DNA of 64,000 nt, from positions 9,593-73,592 of IMG/VR virus record IMGVR_UViG_3300010362_000015; one strand, written 5' to 3'. The notes beneath the pieces were generated by a model, which saw only the letters and a list, made by a program, of their open reading frames with translations, was not told the DNA's origin and made no database searches. Source of the DNA: a virus (lineage: Duplodnaviria > Caudoviricetes). The translations under genes were made by a program, and so were the position numbers. Shown piece by piece: positions 63,253 through 64,000 of this stretch (the first letter of the stretch is position 1; the number at the start of each line of letters is the position of its first letter).

Positions 63253-63821
63253 GCGACCTTCTCTTCGACGGCCACGCCACCGGACCACAATTCTTCGAGG
63301 CGCTGCCACTTGGCGAGCACACGCTCCAGGTAGCTCTGCATGATCGCCGCGCAGCGCGCCGGATCGCTCTCGGTGGCCATGATGTCCTGCAGTTCAGACG
63401 GCATCTTCAACAACTCATCGCGACCATCAATAATGAATCGCGATCCCCACTTGCGCGCATACGCCACCGGGATCAGCTCGCCGCGTTTTAATGCGTTCTC
63501 CAATTCCTGGCGCTCGGCGAGAGCTTCTGCGCGCCGCAGCTTGGCCTGATCGATGGCCTCCATGCGTTCCTGGCCGCGGACCACCAGATCGTATTCGCTC
63601 GTGCCTGGAGCGGGGGCCTGCTCTTCAGGTGGTTTTGGCGAGGAAATGGACGCACCCTTAGGAGCAAGGCCTTCCCGCATGCGGGCCATCTGCCGGATCT
63701 GATCCGGCGTGTAGCCCTGACGCATTTTAAGGCTCACCGTGGACTGCGGCATGCCCGTCTCGCGCGCGAGCGCCACCACGCCCACTTGATGCGTGCGCTT
63801 AGTGACGGTGCGCTTGCCCAT
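63249..63821 (-). CDS. terS: terminase small subunit (Nu1-like)
   Basis: N-terminal HTH-like segment; AKLRRAEALAERQELENALKRGELIPV motif; directly upstream of terL. Confidence 0.8.
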   Translation of the reverse strand: MGKRTVTKRTHQVGVVALARETGMPQSTVSLKMRQGYTPDQIRQMARMREGLAPKGASISSPKPPEEQAPAPGTSEYDLVVRGQERMEAIDQAKLRRAEALAERQELENALKRGELIPVAYARKWGSRFIIDGRDELLKMPSELQDIMATESDPARCAAIMQSYLERVLAKWQRLEELWSGGVAVEEKVA

Positions 63822-63980
63822 GCGGCTAACTTTACCAGTTGCATGGCTCTTAGACCAACGCAAACGCGGCCCGGCCATCTGCGCCGCACCCCTGGTATGC
63901 CTAGGTGAAAGTGAGCTAAGCTATTGAGCCACAATGACTTATGTATGGAGCAGTTGAATGCTTCTGCAGCAGTCGCTCAC

Positions 63981-63998
63981 GTGGCGCCCTGCGGCCAC
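63981..63998. other. possible cosN site
   Basis: GTGGC-GCCCTGCG-GCCAC dyad about 160 bp upstream of terS; GpA terminases use cos ends. Confidence 0.2.
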
Positions 63999-64000
63999 CA

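Overview
The window is a GC-rich, lambda-like siphovirus genome segment (cos-type GpA terminase, long non-contractile tail), probably a large part of a temperate phage. Almost all genes lie on the minus strand. From right to left it carries: terS and terL; a Pro/Gly-repeat protein; an accessory fibre module (adaptor, 2706-aa collagen fibre, small chaperone); gpW, portal, S49 protease/scaffold, cement protein and major capsid; Ig-like and head-tail genes; tail tube; frameshifted tail chaperone; tape measure; distal tail and fused tail-tip proteins; and a 1525-aa tail fibre. A plus-strand AraC-family regulator sits at the early/late boundary. Left of it come an early operon (YqaJ exonuclease and partner, DUF3102, large serine recombinase, VRR-NUC, HTH replication initiator with iterons) and about 11.6 kb of small accessory genes. 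The standout feature is a nine-copy promoter with near-invariant architecture, TTCACC-N9-(-35)-N17/18-(-10)-N6/7-ATG, which implies leaderless transcripts. Eight copies carry a palindromic ATGCATG(C/T)AT operator between -35 and -10. They drive short cassettes of tiny unknown ORFs: six in tandem at 0.2-3.4 kb and two inserted into the tail operon. The ninth copy lacks the operator and drives the recombinase locus. Other highlights are twin 39/41-bp hairpins flanking the replication/recombination block, a candidate RBS-sequestering structured RNA, and a possible SSB-tail mimic. No CI repressor, lysis genes, tRNA, CRISPR array or reverse transcriptase was recognised. An Acidobacteriota host is a tentative inference. 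All functional calls come from motif recognition by eye; no database searches were run.
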